Of a stretch of 64,000 nt of DNA, positions 63,601 to 64,000 are shown one piece after another (position 1 is the stretch's first letter; every line of letters starts with the position of its first letter). Source of the stretch: the human T2T-CHM13v2.0 reference genome, Homo sapiens; assembly GCF_009914755.1 (NCBI RefSeq), contig NC_060931.1, one strand, 5' to 3'. The position numbers and the translations under genes were made by a program. The notes under the pieces are model-generated. The model had not been told where the DNA came from. It worked only from the letters and a program-made list of their open reading frames with translations, and searched no databases.

Positions 63601-64000
63601 TTATAGCCTCCCATCCCCATCTCTTTCCCCCATTCCTTTCACAATGTTGCCATTATTTGTGCACAGCACCTTTCCTTAGAACTTCCTGCAGACATTAAGT
63701 AGCTTCCACGGTGTGGCTAAAACCACCTGGGTTTCCAAAGTGTAGTTAATCTTTAAAGAAGGTGGTATCAGTTAGGTCATTAGGGCTAGTAGAAGGGAAT
63801 AGATAATCTTCAAACTGTGACTTAAAATAGCCAAGTCACACTTGAGCCTTTCAGTGGCCACTCCCCTCCTCCCTTTCTCGGTGGATTTGGGTTACCTGCC
63901 CTTCCACTGACTCACCCTGGGTCTAAGGTGATATTCAAGAACCCATGCTATTTGAGCCACCTCTTACTTTTAGGTCTGGGGTTAGTAAGGTGGAGGAGGC

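Overview
This is primate (human-like) genomic DNA containing the 3' part of the reelin gene (RELN) on the minus strand. I traced 19 coding exons by hand (exons 47-65 in the standard 65-exon numbering, 57957 down to 7253). Reading frame is continuous across all junctions. They encode reelin repeats 6-8 (EGF and Asp-box/BNR motifs) and the basic C-terminal tail ...[11 protein letters not shown]. The set includes the 6-nt microexon 64 (12831-12836), a GC-AG intron after exon 55, and a ~1 kb 3' UTR with an AATAAA at 6248-6253. Introns and flank carry a near full-length antisense L1PA (38864-45053, 16-bp TSD), a second L1PA 3' fragment, about 23 Alus (one a young AluYb8), a tailless 7SK retropseudogene, a THE1 solo LTR, MLT1, L2, MIR, MER5A and MADE1 relics, and microsatellites. 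I see no evidence of a new multi-gene system; nearly all non-RELN ORFs in the track are repeat-derived or spurious. The best leads are splicing and regulatory: (1) a perfect 37-bp tandem duplication at the exon 57 acceptor that creates an in-frame cryptic acceptor (+13 aa); (2) an open L1 ORF0-like frame pointing into exon 52; (3) a dense UGCAUG (RBFOX) field around the microexon; (4) an Alu inserted in the exon 62 branch-point zone; (5) a CpG-rich inverted repeat in intron 46. Exon coordinates are exact by splice-site and phase analysis. Repeat boundaries and subfamilies are by-eye estimates.
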